A stretch of 64,000 nt of DNA, taken from positions 18,384 through 82,383 of the forward strand of contig JBBRAY010000001.1 of the NCBI GenBank assembly GCA_038206355.1. Reading direction: 5' to 3'. Position 1 is the stretch's first letter. Every line of letters begins with the position of its first letter. The notes beneath the pieces are model-generated. The model saw only the letters and a list, made by a program, of their open reading frames with translations. It was not told the origin of the DNA and did no database searches. This DNA comes from Bacteroidia bacterium (lineage in GTDB: Bacteria > Bacteroidota > Bacteroidia > AKYH767-A > 2013-40CM-41-45). This document shows, in pieces, positions 9,582 to 19,355 of the stretch. Both the position numbers and the translations under genes were made by a program.

Positions 9582-10034
9582 TTAGTCTCCATAAAGGTCT
9601 GCCATCTCCCCCCACACCAGCTCCGGCTCAAACCCCCTACTGATGGCATATTGTGCAACTTTATACTTTTTCTTTATGGGATTCTGTTCTTTCACTTCTT
9701 TACTTTTTGATGAAAGAATTTTATTCAGTGTTTTCTTATAATCCCTTGTACTGATTTCCTCCAGGGCTTTGCGGATACAGTAGTCGGAAACTTTTTTTTG
9801 TTTCAGGGCCAATTTTATTTTAATCCTCCCCCACTCTTTCATCCTGAATTTTCCGCCGGCAAAAGCTATGGCAAAACGTTGTTCGTTTAAATAATTTTCA
9901 GATATCAGTTGTGAAATGCATTGCTCAACTTCAGTACGATGCAAACCCAGGTCGTATAATTTATCACGCACTTCCTGCTGGCTGCGTTCCTGATAAACGC
10001 AGTAGGCACGGGCTTTTTCGAGTTCCTGTTTCAT
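9582..10034 (-). CDS. recX: regulatory protein RecX
   Basis: From the internal Met: MKQELEKARAYCVYQERSQQEVRDKLYDLGL...NEQRFAIAFAGGKFRMKEWGRIKIKLALKQKKV, the RecX three-repeat pattern. The 36 upstream codons of the listed ORF look non-coding. Confidence 0.75.
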   Translation of the reverse strand: MKQELEKARAYCVYQERSQQEVRDKLYDLGLHRTEVEQCISQLISENYLNEQRFAIAFAGGKFRMKEWGRIKIKLALKQKKVSDYCIRKALEEISTRDYKKTLNKILSSKSKEVKEQNPIKKKYKVAQYAISRGFEPELVWGEMADLYGD

Positions 10035-10203
10035 TTTTGACAGCACAAAGATGGAAAGAAAAGGGAAACTACAGAAATGAACCGCCTCATACCTCGATGA
10101 AGGAACTAATTTAATATCCCACAGCAGGCACTTTGAAGACAATGCAGAAAAAAAAGCAGTCCCAACTGAATGGAAACTGCTTTCATCTGTCTTTTCAAAT
10201 ATA

Positions 10204-10809
10204 TTATTTCACCATTGATGCGGTATCGGCATCAGGCATTGCACCTGGATCTACCATAACAGCGGGAGCCGCAACAGGTGATACTGATGCTGATGAATCG
10301 AGAGAATGTAGTCCCTTTTCGAAAGCGGAGCCCATCATCTTATCCATCATACCTCCCATAATGCGCATGAAAGGATTTGCGCCCATATCCATGTTCATAC
10401 CCCAGGTAACTTTCGAGCCGTTCTCAGTCCTTTCGATTTTGTAATCACTTGTGCCCATTCCATTTTCTTTAAAATCGAGCGTAGTTTCAACGAGTTCATT
10501 CGGAACTACCTTTGTAATTGTAATGGTTCCATGACCAACATCTCCATTGGAGCTTTCCCATGAATAAGACGCGCCCTCGCCGGAAGTTTTTTCCCCGAAA
10601 GTTTTTTTCATATTGGGATCAATCTTATTCCATGGCATCCAGTTGTCCCACATATTGAGGTCTACAATCTGGCTGTACACGGCTTCCGGTGCTGCGTTCA
10701 TATCCATGCTCCGTTCTACGCGCACATCCCGTGACATAAACATTCCGATGATTGCAACGACAGCCACAATCACAACTAAAACAATTAAAATTTTCTTTAA
10801 GATTTTCAT
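10204..10809 (-). CDS. SRPBCC family protein with N-terminal membrane anchor
   Basis: 201 aa with a TM helix (ILIVLVVIVAVVAIIGMF) followed by the polyketide cyclase/SRPBCC-like pattern (APEAVYSQIVDLNMWDNWMPW...). Confidence 0.6.
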   Translation of the reverse strand: MKILKKILIVLVVIVAVVAIIGMFMSRDVRVERSMDMNAAPEAVYSQIVDLNMWDNWMPWNKIDPNMKKTFGEKTSGEGASYSWESSNGDVGHGTITITKVVPNELVETTLDFKENGMGTSDYKIERTENGSKVTWGMNMDMGANPFMRIMGGMMDKMMGSAFEKGLHSLDSSASVSPVAAPAVMVDPGAMPDADTASMVK

Positions 10810-10987
10810 AAGTGGTGGTTTTGATGTTTAGAAATGCGAAGCTATAAAATTGATAAATGAAATAAAAATATTAAATACTATGAAATGATGAGTGGCAAAA
10901 ATTAATTTAGTTTATCGATAAAAATGCAGGTGGTGGTCAATAGTTCAAAGACTACATTTTAAAAATGGAAATGGTTACTTCTGACAA

Positions 10988-12550
10988 CTAAATCTTAATT
11001 TCCTCTTCGGCCTTATTAAAAAAGTGGTATTCCATAAAATGGTAACTGGTATTCGGAAACACCCTGATCTTTGCCTTGAATTTTTTCTTCCACTTATTCA
11101 CGACAGTATTAAAAAACATTCCTTTGTTGAGGAAAGCCTCGAGGTAAGGATGAACCTGTAACGTCAGCTCTTTTTCATTTTGCTCCTGCACAAAATAGCG
11201 GAGGTTGTTTTCTATTTCATCCACAAGAAGAATGCTCGCTTTAATCTCGCCGGTCCCATCGCATGCAGGACATTTTTCAACGGTGGTAATATTTGTTTCA
11301 GGGCGCACGCGTTCACGGGTGATCTGAATGAGTCCAAATTTACTCGGCGGCAAAATGGTATGACGGGCCCTGTCGCGGCTCATCTCCTTTTTCATATGGT
11401 CGTACAAAGCTTTCTTGTTGGCAGCAACGGTCATGTCGATAAAATCAACAACGATAATTCCACCCATATCACGCAACCGGAGTTGTCGTGCGATTTCAGA
11501 AGCCGCTTCCATATTCGTCTGCAATGCATTCGACTCCTGCGTCGCATCAGCAATTCTTGCCCTGCCTCCGCTGTTCACGTCAATTACGTGCATCGCTTCC
11601 GTGTGTTCAATAACGAGGTAGGAACCCGTGCTCATGGTCACCGTTTTTCCAAATGCCGCTTTGATCTGTTTTTCAATTCCCAGATGTTCAAAGATGGGTT
11701 GCTTGCCTTTGTAAAGCTTGACAATATCGGCTTGCTCAGATGAAATTGATGAAAGGTAGTTGCGGATCTCATCATACATCACGGGATCATTCACGTGGAT
11801 GTTGTTGAAATTCGGACTTAATAAGTCGCGAAGAATTGTAGAGGTACGGTTCAGTTCTCCCAGTAATTTTTGTGGTGGCTTGGCCGTCTTTAAATGCTCA
11901 AAAGCTTCTTTCCATTTGGCTATAAGATCCTGAACATCTTTGTCTAATTCTGCTGTTTTTTTTCCGTCGGCAACGGTACGGACAATGAGTCCGAAGTTTT
12001 TCGGCTTGATACTTTGAACCAGTCGTTTCAATCGCTGGCGTTCTTCAGCACTTTTTATTTTCTGCGAAACAGAAATATGATCGGAAAACGGAATGAGTAC
12101 AACGAAACGTCCGGCAAGGGAAATTTCAGAAGTGATGCGCGGGCCTTTGCTTGAAATGGGTTCTTTGGCAATCTGCACCATCACCCATTGGTTGACGGTG
12201 AGCACCTGATTTATTTTCCCGCTTTTGTTGATGTCGCGCTCATTCTCAAAATTCACCATCATCGGATCAGGTGTTTTCCCTGCCGTGGTGGAGAGTTTGG
12301 TGAGCTTCACCAATGAATTCACCTGTGGACCGAGGTCCAGGTAGTGGAGGAATGCGTCTTTCTCGTGACCTACGTCTACGAAAGCTGCATTCAGGCTGGG
12401 AATTAATTTTTTTACCCGGCCGAGGTATATGTCCCCGACAGCAAAGGACTTGTCCTTCGTGTCTTTGTTCAGCTCAACAAGCTGCTTGTCTTCAAGCAAG
12501 GCAATATTTACCTCACCCGGTGTTGAGTTGATGATTAGTTCACTGTTCAA
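10988..12550 (-). CDS. rng: Rne/Rng family ribonuclease (RNase G size)
   Basis: 520 aa with an S1 domain start (VGDIYLGRVKKLIPSLNAAFVDVG), the catalytic region (HVIDVNSG...NMEAASEIARQLRLRDMGGIIVVDFIDM) and a Zn-link (CPACDGTG). Confidence 0.9.
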   Translation of the reverse strand: MNSELIINSTPGEVNIALLEDKQLVELNKDTKDKSFAVGDIYLGRVKKLIPSLNAAFVDVGHEKDAFLHYLDLGPQVNSLVKLTKLSTTAGKTPDPMMVNFENERDINKSGKINQVLTVNQWVMVQIAKEPISSKGPRITSEISLAGRFVVLIPFSDHISVSQKIKSAEERQRLKRLVQSIKPKNFGLIVRTVADGKKTAELDKDVQDLIAKWKEAFEHLKTAKPPQKLLGELNRTSTILRDLLSPNFNNIHVNDPVMYDEIRNYLSSISSEQADIVKLYKGKQPIFEHLGIEKQIKAAFGKTVTMSTGSYLVIEHTEAMHVIDVNSGGRARIADATQESNALQTNMEAASEIARQLRLRDMGGIIVVDFIDMTVAANKKALYDHMKKEMSRDRARHTILPPSKFGLIQITRERVRPETNITTVEKCPACDGTGEIKASILLVDEIENNLRYFVQEQNEKELTLQVHPYLEAFLNKGMFFNTVVNKWKKKFKAKIRVFPNTSYHFMEYHFFNKAEEEIKI

Positions 12551-12775
12551 TCAGAAAATGTTTTGTTTAAAAAACATCTGTCCGCAAAGCGGTAATAGGA
12601 ATTGAACAAACTCAGGAAGAGATGCATGACTCATCATACATCAAGGAATTAGTTATTGGTTAAAGTTAAAAGCCATATCCATGGTTAAAATTCCGGATAC
12701 CTGATAACATCCGCCTTCGTTAATAAATGGAAGCGCGGTAATAACCTGCCTGCCTTCGGGCAAGCTTATAACGAT

Positions 12776-12808
12776 AAAAAGCGGGGGCGGAAAATATCAT
12801 CCGCCACC
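12776..12808 (-). terminator. candidate intrinsic terminator after the micro-ORF
   Basis: The minus strand reads GGTGGCGG-atgatatttt-CCGCCCCC followed by GCTTTTTAT. The stem has one mismatch. Confidence 0.45.
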
Positions 12809-12810
12809 AG

Positions 12811-12900
12811 CTATTTCTTCTTATGTCTGTTCTTACGGAGACGTTTCTTACGCTTGTGCGTAGCCATTTTATGTCTCTTACGTTTTTTTCCGCTTGGCAT
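12811..12900 (-). CDS. 29-aa highly basic peptide, bS22 / AURKAIP1-COX24-like small ribosomal protein candidate
   Basis: Not in the ORF track because it is under 60 aa. The minus strand ATG at 12900 reads MPSGKKRKRHKMATHKRKKRLRKNRHKKK* and sits between the TPR gene and rng. From memory it matches the conserved Bacteroidota and actinobacterial small basic ribosomal peptide. Confidence 0.6.
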   Translation of the reverse strand: MPSGKKRKRHKMATHKRKKRLRKNRHKKK

Positions 12901-12914
12901 AATGCAAGTGTTTT

Positions 12915-13730
12915 TTAATGATTAGAAATTTGATTTATATAATTATTTGCCTGGGCAACCAAAGCTGCGTCGGCAGTTTCTTTTTTCAGTTTTTCAAAGT
13001 ACTCAACTGCTTTTGCAGTATTTCCTGCCATCATGTAAGCCCGTCCTGTCATCAGGTACATTTCCTTGCGACCGGGATTGATGTCAAGCACTTTTTGAAA
13101 TCGCTCTGCAGCTTTTTCATATTGCCCTGATCGCATGGAAAGCACACCGAGATTGAACTGTGCATTTTCATGTTCAGGATTTTCTGTTACCACTTCCCTC
13201 AGCATCATGATTCCCTGCATCGGATTGGAAGTACCTTCTGCATAACAAACTCCAAGATCCGTTTTCGCGTCAAGGTTCTTAGGGTTTTTCTTCAGAACAT
13301 TTTCGTAGCAGCGGATTGCATTCTGCACCATTTCATTTCTTTCCAGTGAATCTGTTGTCGACTGAAATGCATCGAAGTAACGGTAGGCAGCATTCAACCA
13401 GCTTTTTTCCTCTTCATCCTTTTGGGCATGTGCTTCAAAATAATGAGCGGCAATCGCAGGTTTTTTTAATGCGTCCCAACGCCTTCCCAACGAGTCCATC
13501 AATGAAAGATTGCCGGGTTCCTTCGACAGTTCTGATTCTATTCCGGAAATCATGTCAGCTTCCTGACGCTGAAGTCCGGCTTTTGCACCATTTAACTGAG
13601 ATTCAAAACCAGTAATTTCAGGTGATTCACTTTTATTCTCCCTGACAATCCTATTGGGAGCGAGGTACAATGCAATCGTAAGCGCTAATGCCCCTGCAAT
13701 CAATAACCACTTTTGGCTTTTCGCCTGCAT
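12915..13730 (-). CDS. tetratricopeptide repeat protein with N-terminal anchor
   Basis: 271 aa with a signal/anchor (KWLLIAGALALTIALYLA) and several TPR-like units (AIRCYENVLKKNPKNLDAKTDLGVCY, AAERFQKVLDINPG...). Its ATG overlaps the HU stop (TAATG). Confidence 0.75.
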   Translation of the reverse strand: MQAKSQKWLLIAGALALTIALYLAPNRIVRENKSESPEITGFESQLNGAKAGLQRQEADMISGIESELSKEPGNLSLMDSLGRRWDALKKPAIAAHYFEAHAQKDEEEKSWLNAAYRYFDAFQSTTDSLERNEMVQNAIRCYENVLKKNPKNLDAKTDLGVCYAEGTSNPMQGIMMLREVVTENPEHENAQFNLGVLSMRSGQYEKAAERFQKVLDINPGRKEMYLMTGRAYMMAGNTAKAVEYFEKLKKETADAALVAQANNYINQISNH

Positions 13731-14044
13731 TAATCAACCGCTTCAGAAGTCTGGTTTGTTTTCACCTTGGCATTTTTCACCTTGCTTGCAAAAGTCTTTG
13801 CAGGTTTAAATGCAGGAATATGATGTGCCGGAATAACAATTGTAGTGTTTTTTGCGATAATCCGACCGATTTTTTGAGCCCTTTTCTTCACGATAAAACT
13901 TCCAAATCCACGGAGATATACGTTTTCACCATCGGACATAGTCGTTTTTACCACTTTCATTGTTGCCTCAACAACATTGAGCACCATGTTCTTCTCAATG
14001 CCTGTTTTTTCTGATATGGCATTTACCAATTCTGCTTTAGTCAT
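13730..14044 (-). CDS. HU family DNA-binding protein
   Basis: 104 aa. MTKAELVNAISEKTGIEK...VYLRGFGSF.VKKRA.K.GR.I..NT...IPA...P.FKP is the classic HU/IHF fold pattern. Confidence 0.9.
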   Translation of the reverse strand: MTKAELVNAISEKTGIEKNMVLNVVEATMKVVKTTMSDGENVYLRGFGSFIVKKRAQKIGRIIAKNTTIVIPAHHIPAFKPAKTFASKVKNAKVKTNQTSEAVD

Positions 14045-14083
14045 TTCTTTATCAATTATTTAGTAATTCTTTTTAAGGGGGCG

Positions 14084-14091
14084 CAAAGATA
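14084..14091 (-). promoter_or_regulatory. -7 promoter box TATCTTTG (minus strand)
   Basis: The + strand CAAAGATA is TATCTTTG on the minus strand, 39 nt upstream of the HU ATG at 14044. Confidence 0.45.
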
Positions 14092-14221
14092 AGAGTTCAT
14101 TTGGATTGAACAACCCCGCGAGGTATAAATAATAAGATAATGCTGCCGATATGACCTGAAAACGGCATTTGCCTTTTTTCTTCAAATCCTTATTTCCGTT
14201 TGTACTTTCGCCGACACTATT

Positions 14222-15523
14222 TTGAAGCTAAACCTTCCGCTTTTTATCGCCAGACGGTATTTCTTTTCGAAGAAATCACAAAGGGCAATCAACATCGTCT
14301 CGATGATTTCCATGCTTGGAGTCATGATCGGGACCGGTGCCCTGATTGTTGTACTTTCTGTTTTTAATGGTTTTGAATCGTTGGTGATCTCATTGTATAA
14401 TTCTTTCGACCCTGATATTAAAATAACTGCCGTTGTGGGTAAGACTTTTACACCGGATTCAGCAATGGTAGTTGGCATTAAAAATACCAAAGGGATCAAA
14501 GCGGTTTCTCTTTCGCTCGAAGAAAATGCGCTGGTGAAGTACCGCGACAAACAATACATCGCCACTATTAAAGGAGTAGATGAATCATTCGAAAAAGTGA
14601 GCGGGGTGGATACCATGATTGTTGATACACGTTTGGGTTCCGGTAACGAAGAGCGTGCAAATGGTAATAATGAAGTGCATGGGAAACTTGAACTTACTTC
14701 CGGAGATACTGACTTTGCAATTGTAGGCGGAGGCATTGCCTATAATTTACAACTGAACATGAATGATTTTTTCAGTCAGCTGGATATTTATGCACCCAGA
14801 AAAGATGCCGGCTCGCTCAACCATCCTGAAGAAGCATTCAACAGAAAATTTATCACTCCATCCGGCGTCTTTGCCATTCAGCAGGAATTTGACAGTAAAT
14901 ACATTCTCGTTCCCATGCGCTTCGCCAGAGAAATGCTGGAGGATGAAAAAAATGTGACATCTATAGAAGCGTCTGTTGACGGTACTCTCAACGTTGAAGA
15001 TATTAAATCACAATTGTCCGCACTTCTCGGAGATCAGTTCAAAGTTCAGTCACGCTTCGAACAGCATGCATTGTTATACCGCATTATGAAAAGTGAAAAG
15101 TGGGCGGTGTTTCTGATTCTCGCCTTCATTTTATTGATAGCCACATTCAATGTTGTGGGTTCGCTCACCATGCTCATCATTGAAAAGAAAAAAGACATCG
15201 CCGTTTTCTACAGCATGGGGGCAGATACTGTACTGATCCGTAAAATATTTTTTGCGGAGGGATTGATGATCACTTTTATTGGTGCGGCACTGGGACTAAT
15301 CATTGGCGGCGGGATCTGTTTTCTGCAACAGTATTTCGGAATCATTGAACTTGGCAACAGCGGCAGTTTTGTTGTTGATGCCTATCCTGTTGAAATGAAG
15401 TCGGCCGATTTTTTCTACGTATTCATTACGGTGTTTCTCATCGGAAGTATTGCAGCCTGGTACCCGGCAAAAAAACTGGTGGAAGGAAAGATCAATCTGG
15501 ATACGGTAAGGGTTGATGAATAA
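14222..15523 (+). CDS. FtsX-like ABC transporter permease, LolC/E family
   Basis: 433 aa, TTG start. The N-terminus LPLFIARRYFFSKKSQRAINIVSMISMLGV and the C-terminal FtsX 3-TM block are typical of lipoprotein-release permeases. Confidence 0.8.
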   Translation: MKLNLPLFIARRYFFSKKSQRAINIVSMISMLGVMIGTGALIVVLSVFNGFESLVISLYNSFDPDIKITAVVGKTFTPDSAMVVGIKNTKGIKAVSLSLEENALVKYRDKQYIATIKGVDESFEKVSGVDTMIVDTRLGSGNEERANGNNEVHGKLELTSGDTDFAIVGGGIAYNLQLNMNDFFSQLDIYAPRKDAGSLNHPEEAFNRKFITPSGVFAIQQEFDSKYILVPMRFAREMLEDEKNVTSIEASVDGTLNVEDIKSQLSALLGDQFKVQSRFEQHALLYRIMKSEKWAVFLILAFILLIATFNVVGSLTMLIIEKKKDIAVFYSMGADTVLIRKIFFAEGLMITFIGAALGLIIGGGICFLQQYFGIIELGNSGSFVVDAYPVEMKSADFFYVFITVFLIGSIAAWYPAKKLVEGKINLDTVRVDE

Positions 15524-15653
15524 GGGGACTTTGTTTTCCATTCACTTTAATTCCAGATTACTTCACACCCGAAAAGAGTAGGTTCACGTAAACACGGGCT
15601 TATCTTAGTAATATATTCTCACTTTCGGCTCCGCTAACCAAAAATCAACTTCC

Positions 15654-18600
15654 ATGAATGTGAAAAATATTTACAATACTGTTTTTGTTATTCTATCATT
15701 ACTCCAAGGAGCCGATATTTTTGCTCAATGTAGCAACGTAACATCAGGTGGAACTGTAGGATCAGACCAAACCGTTTGCGGTTCTTTTAATCCTGCCAAT
15801 ATTATTAATTCAGCTTACCCTACCGGCGGAACGGGAACATTACAGTACCAGTGGCAAAATTCACCTAACGGAACTACATGGTCTGACATTGCAGGTGCTT
15901 CCCTTGAATCATACGATCCTCCTACTATTTCTTCAACAACCTTGTATCACAGGATGGCTAGAAGGAGCGGATGTACTCCTTATGGTGCTTCTTCCAACAC
16001 CGTTACAAAAACAGTAAATCCGTTACCATCGGCATCCATTTCTGCCGGTGGCCCCATATCCTTTTGTTCACCAGGAAGCGTAGTTCTAACTGCTAATTCA
16101 GTTACAGGCACTACCTATCAATGGAAAAAAAATGGGGCTTCCATTTCGGGAGCAACACTGCAAACATACGCGGCAAGTACCACAGGGAATTATACAGTAA
16201 CAAAAACTATAACAGCAACAGGATGCACGGCAAATTCTAATACAATTGTTGTCTCTGCCCATGCACCATTAACAACTTCAATAACTACTCCGGGAACTAA
16301 CTTTTGCGGTGCGTCAACTGTGATTATGGAAGTTTCTCAGGGTTCAGGTTATGCCTATCAATGGTATGAAGAAACCCAACTTTTACCCAATACCAATTAT
16401 TATCAGTTAAGCACCGGACACAATGGAAATTATTCCTGTACCATCACGAACGCATGCGGGAGCTATCCATCTTCAACTTATGTATTAAACGATCCACAAC
16501 TCAATCAATTGCCTTATGGAGTAATTTATGCGGGTGGAAGTACAAATTTTTGTACCGGGCAGAACGTTTATCTATATGAAGGCTTTCAGTTTTTCAGCGG
16601 ATATCAATGGTATAAAGATGGTGTCGCAATATCGGGGGCAAACAGCTTTGGCTATACTGCAACACTGGCCGGTGTATATATGGTGAGGATTACTGATTAT
16701 TGTTGGTGGTCAGCAACATACTATGATTTTTATTCAAATTTAATCACCGTAACATCAAGCGGTGGTTCTCTTCCTGGACCCGCAATAACTGCAGGAGGAA
16801 GCACCAGTTTTTGTTCGGGCGGTAGTGTGTTGCTTACAGAAGCGACAGGAACCGGTTGGACTTACCAATGGAGGAACAACAATTCAAATATCAGTGGTGC
16901 AACACAGGCTACTTACAATGCAACTGCATCAGGTAGTTATACGTGTGCTGTTACAAATACCTGTGGAATGGTTTTGTCGAATGCCATTGTTGTTACCGTT
17001 CTTCCTACAAGTGTTACCATTTCATTGGCCGGTAACACAACAATATGCGGAGGATCATTTGCTGCACTTTCGGCATCCAATGCAGGAACAGGAGGAACCT
17101 ATCAGTGGAAGTTAAACGGAACTGCGATCAGCGGTGCAACAGGGGCAAGTTATTCAGCAACTTCCGGCGGAACCTATAGCTGTAGCATCGTGAATTCCTG
17201 CGGAGCATACAATTCCAACAGCATTACGATTACTGTTTCGGGGACCTGTAACACAGGATTAACTTTTGATGGAACCAATGATTATGTAAAAATTCCAAAC
17301 CATACTTCATATGCCATTGGCACAGGAAATTTTACTATTGAATCGTGGATAAATTTAAGCAGCACGCAAACGGCTACCTACCCTGTCGTATTAAGTCATC
17401 GCATTTCAAATAATGGTATTTCAGGATTCATGGTTTTTTTCATTGCGGGAAAATTAACAATCCAACTTGCAGGGATCAACAGGCCCGCATACGGATCAGA
17501 CCTCCGCGACAATTTATGTCATCATATTGCAATCACAAGGACTTCAACTTCAGCAATTAATTTTTATGTTGATGGAATACTGAAAGGTACCAGTAATAGT
17601 GCGAATTACAACATCACCACTTCAGATTTTTTGTTGATAGGGAATGATGCTGCAGACAGTTATGCTGACGGCTTCAAAGGAAAAATAATGGAGGCGAGAT
17701 TTTGGAATGTTGCAAGAACTCAAACAGAACTTCAAAATTCAATGAATACAACACTTTCAGGATATGAAACCGGATTGGTCGGCTATTGGCGCATGAACGA
17801 AGGAAGCGGCCAAGCAGTAAATGATTATTCTCCTTCAAATAATGGCGGGCAACTTGGTTCCACGGCAGGGACGGATGTCAATGACCCATCATATCAGTCA
17901 GCGTGTTCGCTTACACCACTGGTGAATTGCAGTGTTCCTTCAGGACTTTTAACAACAAACATTACAAACACCACGGCACAGTTAAACTGGAGCGGAGCCA
18001 CTGCAGATAGTTTCCTGGTGCGCTATGCAATTCATAATACAACTAATTTTATCTGGCAGAAAATATCAGGACAACCCAATGTTACCTCAACTATTATCAC
18101 CGGATTATTTCCCGGAACATCTTATGATTGGTGGGTAAGAAGCTTGTGCAACAGCATTCCTTCCTCCAACTACCAAAGTAATCCTGCTACATTCAATACT
18201 GTAAGTTCAGCGGTTCCCTGTGCAACACCCTATGGTCTTGGCGCGTCTGGAATTGGGAATACTTCAGCAATGATTTCATGGACGAACCTGGTGACAGCAG
18301 ATACATTTCGTGTGCGTTATTCCGTTAATGGAACAACAAATTACATCTGGAAAGATGTGAATGGATCGGGAAGTCACAGCACCTTACTTTCAGGACTTGC
18401 ACCGAATACTACTTATCAGTTTCAGATCAGTTCCAAGTGTGTGGGAGTTTCAAGTCCTTACAGTTCACCATACGTTTTCACAACACTGAATACAGCCGTT
18501 CCTTGCATTACGCCCTATAATTTAGGAGCAAATAATATTGCCAATACTTCGGCAACAATTTTCTGGACCAACCTTGTAACTGCTGATACGTTTCGTGTGA

Positions 18601-19355
18601 GGTATTCAATAAATGGCACTATGAATTACATCTGGAAAGATGTGAATGGCTCAGGCGGCAGCAGCACATCATTGTCAAACCTTGCACCGAATACTGCTTA
18701 TCAGTTTCAGGTCAGCTCAAAATGTTCAGGCGTATCAAGTCCATACAGTACACCATACATTTTTACAACACTCAATACACCTGTACCCTGCATCACTCCT
18801 ACAGGTTTGAGTACGACGAATATTACCGGTGTATCTGCGAAAGTAAACTGGACCAATCTTGTTTCTGCTGATACGTTCCGGGTGAGGTATTCGATTAACG
18901 GCACGATGAACTTCATGTGGAAAGATGTAAATGGAACGGGAGGAGTAACGAATGCTACACTTACGGGTTTGAATCCTTCGTCAACATACCAATGGCAGGT
19001 ATCAAGTATTTGTTCAGGACAAAGCAGTCCTTATTCCGCTTCGGTTATATTTAGTACACCGGCTCTAAGGGACGGCGCAATGAATGAAAGGAATAATTCA
19101 TTCGAATACGTTATTGTATATCCAAATCCTACCCATTCAGTTGCGACGATAAAATTTTATTCTAAGGTAAGTGGAGGCGGATTTATTTTCATTAATGATA
19201 TTGCAGGCAGAATCGTCCAAACGAAAAAAATCGAACTGAAGGAAGGGGTGAATGCCGTTGAGTTAGAAGTCGAAGAACTGCCGCGTGGATTTTACCTCGT
19301 GGAATTGAGCGATGGAGGTTCTGCAATTGCCAGGGTGAAGCTTTCCCTTGAATAA
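15654..19355 (+). CDS. T9SS cargo protein with Ig-like repeats, a LamG/concanavalin-like domain and four FN3-like modules
   Basis: 1233 aa with a signal peptide, repeated Cys-framed SGAT..TY.AT.SG.Y.C Ig-like units and a LamG-type segment (LTFDGTNDYVKIP...FTIESWI...EARFWNVARTQTEL...GYWRMNEGSG). Four 95-aa FN3-like modules follow, then a T9SS CTD (VIVYPNPTHSVATIKF...GFYLVEL). Confidence 0.85.
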   Translation: MNVKNIYNTVFVILSLLQGADIFAQCSNVTSGGTVGSDQTVCGSFNPANIINSAYPTGGTGTLQYQWQNSPNGTTWSDIAGASLESYDPPTISSTTLYHRMARRSGCTPYGASSNTVTKTVNPLPSASISAGGPISFCSPGSVVLTANSVTGTTYQWKKNGASISGATLQTYAASTTGNYTVTKTITATGCTANSNTIVVSAHAPLTTSITTPGTNFCGASTVIMEVSQGSGYAYQWYEETQLLPNTNYYQLSTGHNGNYSCTITNACGSYPSSTYVLNDPQLNQLPYGVIYAGGSTNFCTGQNVYLYEGFQFFSGYQWYKDGVAISGANSFGYTATLAGVYMVRITDYCWWSATYYDFYSNLITVTSSGGSLPGPAITAGGSTSFCSGGSVLLTEATGTGWTYQWRNNNSNISGATQATYNATASGSYTCAVTNTCGMVLSNAIVVTVLPTSVTISLAGNTTICGGSFAALSASNAGTGGTYQWKLNGTAISGATGASYSATSGGTYSCSIVNSCGAYNSNSITITVSGTCNTGLTFDGTNDYVKIPNHTSYAIGTGNFTIESWINLSSTQTATYPVVLSHRISNNGISGFMVFFIAGKLTIQLAGINRPAYGSDLRDNLCHHIAITRTSTSAINFYVDGILKGTSNSANYNITTSDFLLIGNDAADSYADGFKGKIMEARFWNVARTQTELQNSMNTTLSGYETGLVGYWRMNEGSGQAVNDYSPSNNGGQLGSTAGTDVNDPSYQSACSLTPLVNCSVPSGLLTTNITNTTAQLNWSGATADSFLVRYAIHNTTNFIWQKISGQPNVTSTIITGLFPGTSYDWWVRSLCNSIPSSNYQSNPATFNTVSSAVPCATPYGLGASGIGNTSAMISWTNLVTADTFRVRYSVNGTTNYIWKDVNGSGSHSTLLSGLAPNTTYQFQISSKCVGVSSPYSSPYVFTTLNTAVPCITPYNLGANNIANTSATIFWTNLVTADTFRVRYSINGTMNYIWKDVNGSGGSSTSLSNLAPNTAYQFQVSSKCSGVSSPYSTPYIFTTLNTPVPCITPTGLSTTNITGVSAKVNWTNLVSADTFRVRYSINGTMNFMWKDVNGTGGVTNATLTGLNPSSTYQWQVSSICSGQSSPYSASVIFSTPALRDGAMNERNNSFEYVIVYPNPTHSVATIKFYSKVSGGGFIFINDIAGRIVQTKKIELKEGVNAVELEVEELPRGFYLVELSDGGSAIARVKLSLE
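17928..19065 (+). repeat. four tandem FN3-like coding repeats (291, 285 and 285 bp between successive starts)
   Basis: Modules start at the Cys codons at 17928, 18219, 18504 and 18789. Modules 2 and 3 share long identical nucleotide runs (for example ...aattacatctggaaagatgtgaatgg...). Confidence 0.85.

Noticed and set aside
14182-14736. 184-aa antisense ORF inside the LolC/E-type gene. Similar long shadow ORFs occur at 53103-53673, 60046-60585, 11180-11743, 5029-5412 and elsewhere.
   Set aside because: They lie fully within well-supported genes on the opposite strand, have low-complexity Ser/Leu-rich composition and contain no motifs.
15654-19355. Diversity-generating retroelement target or retron near the LamG/FN3 cargo gene and the structured RNAs in the islet.
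   Set aside because: There is no reverse transcriptase ORF or fragment anywhere in the window, and no template-repeat/variable-repeat pair was seen.
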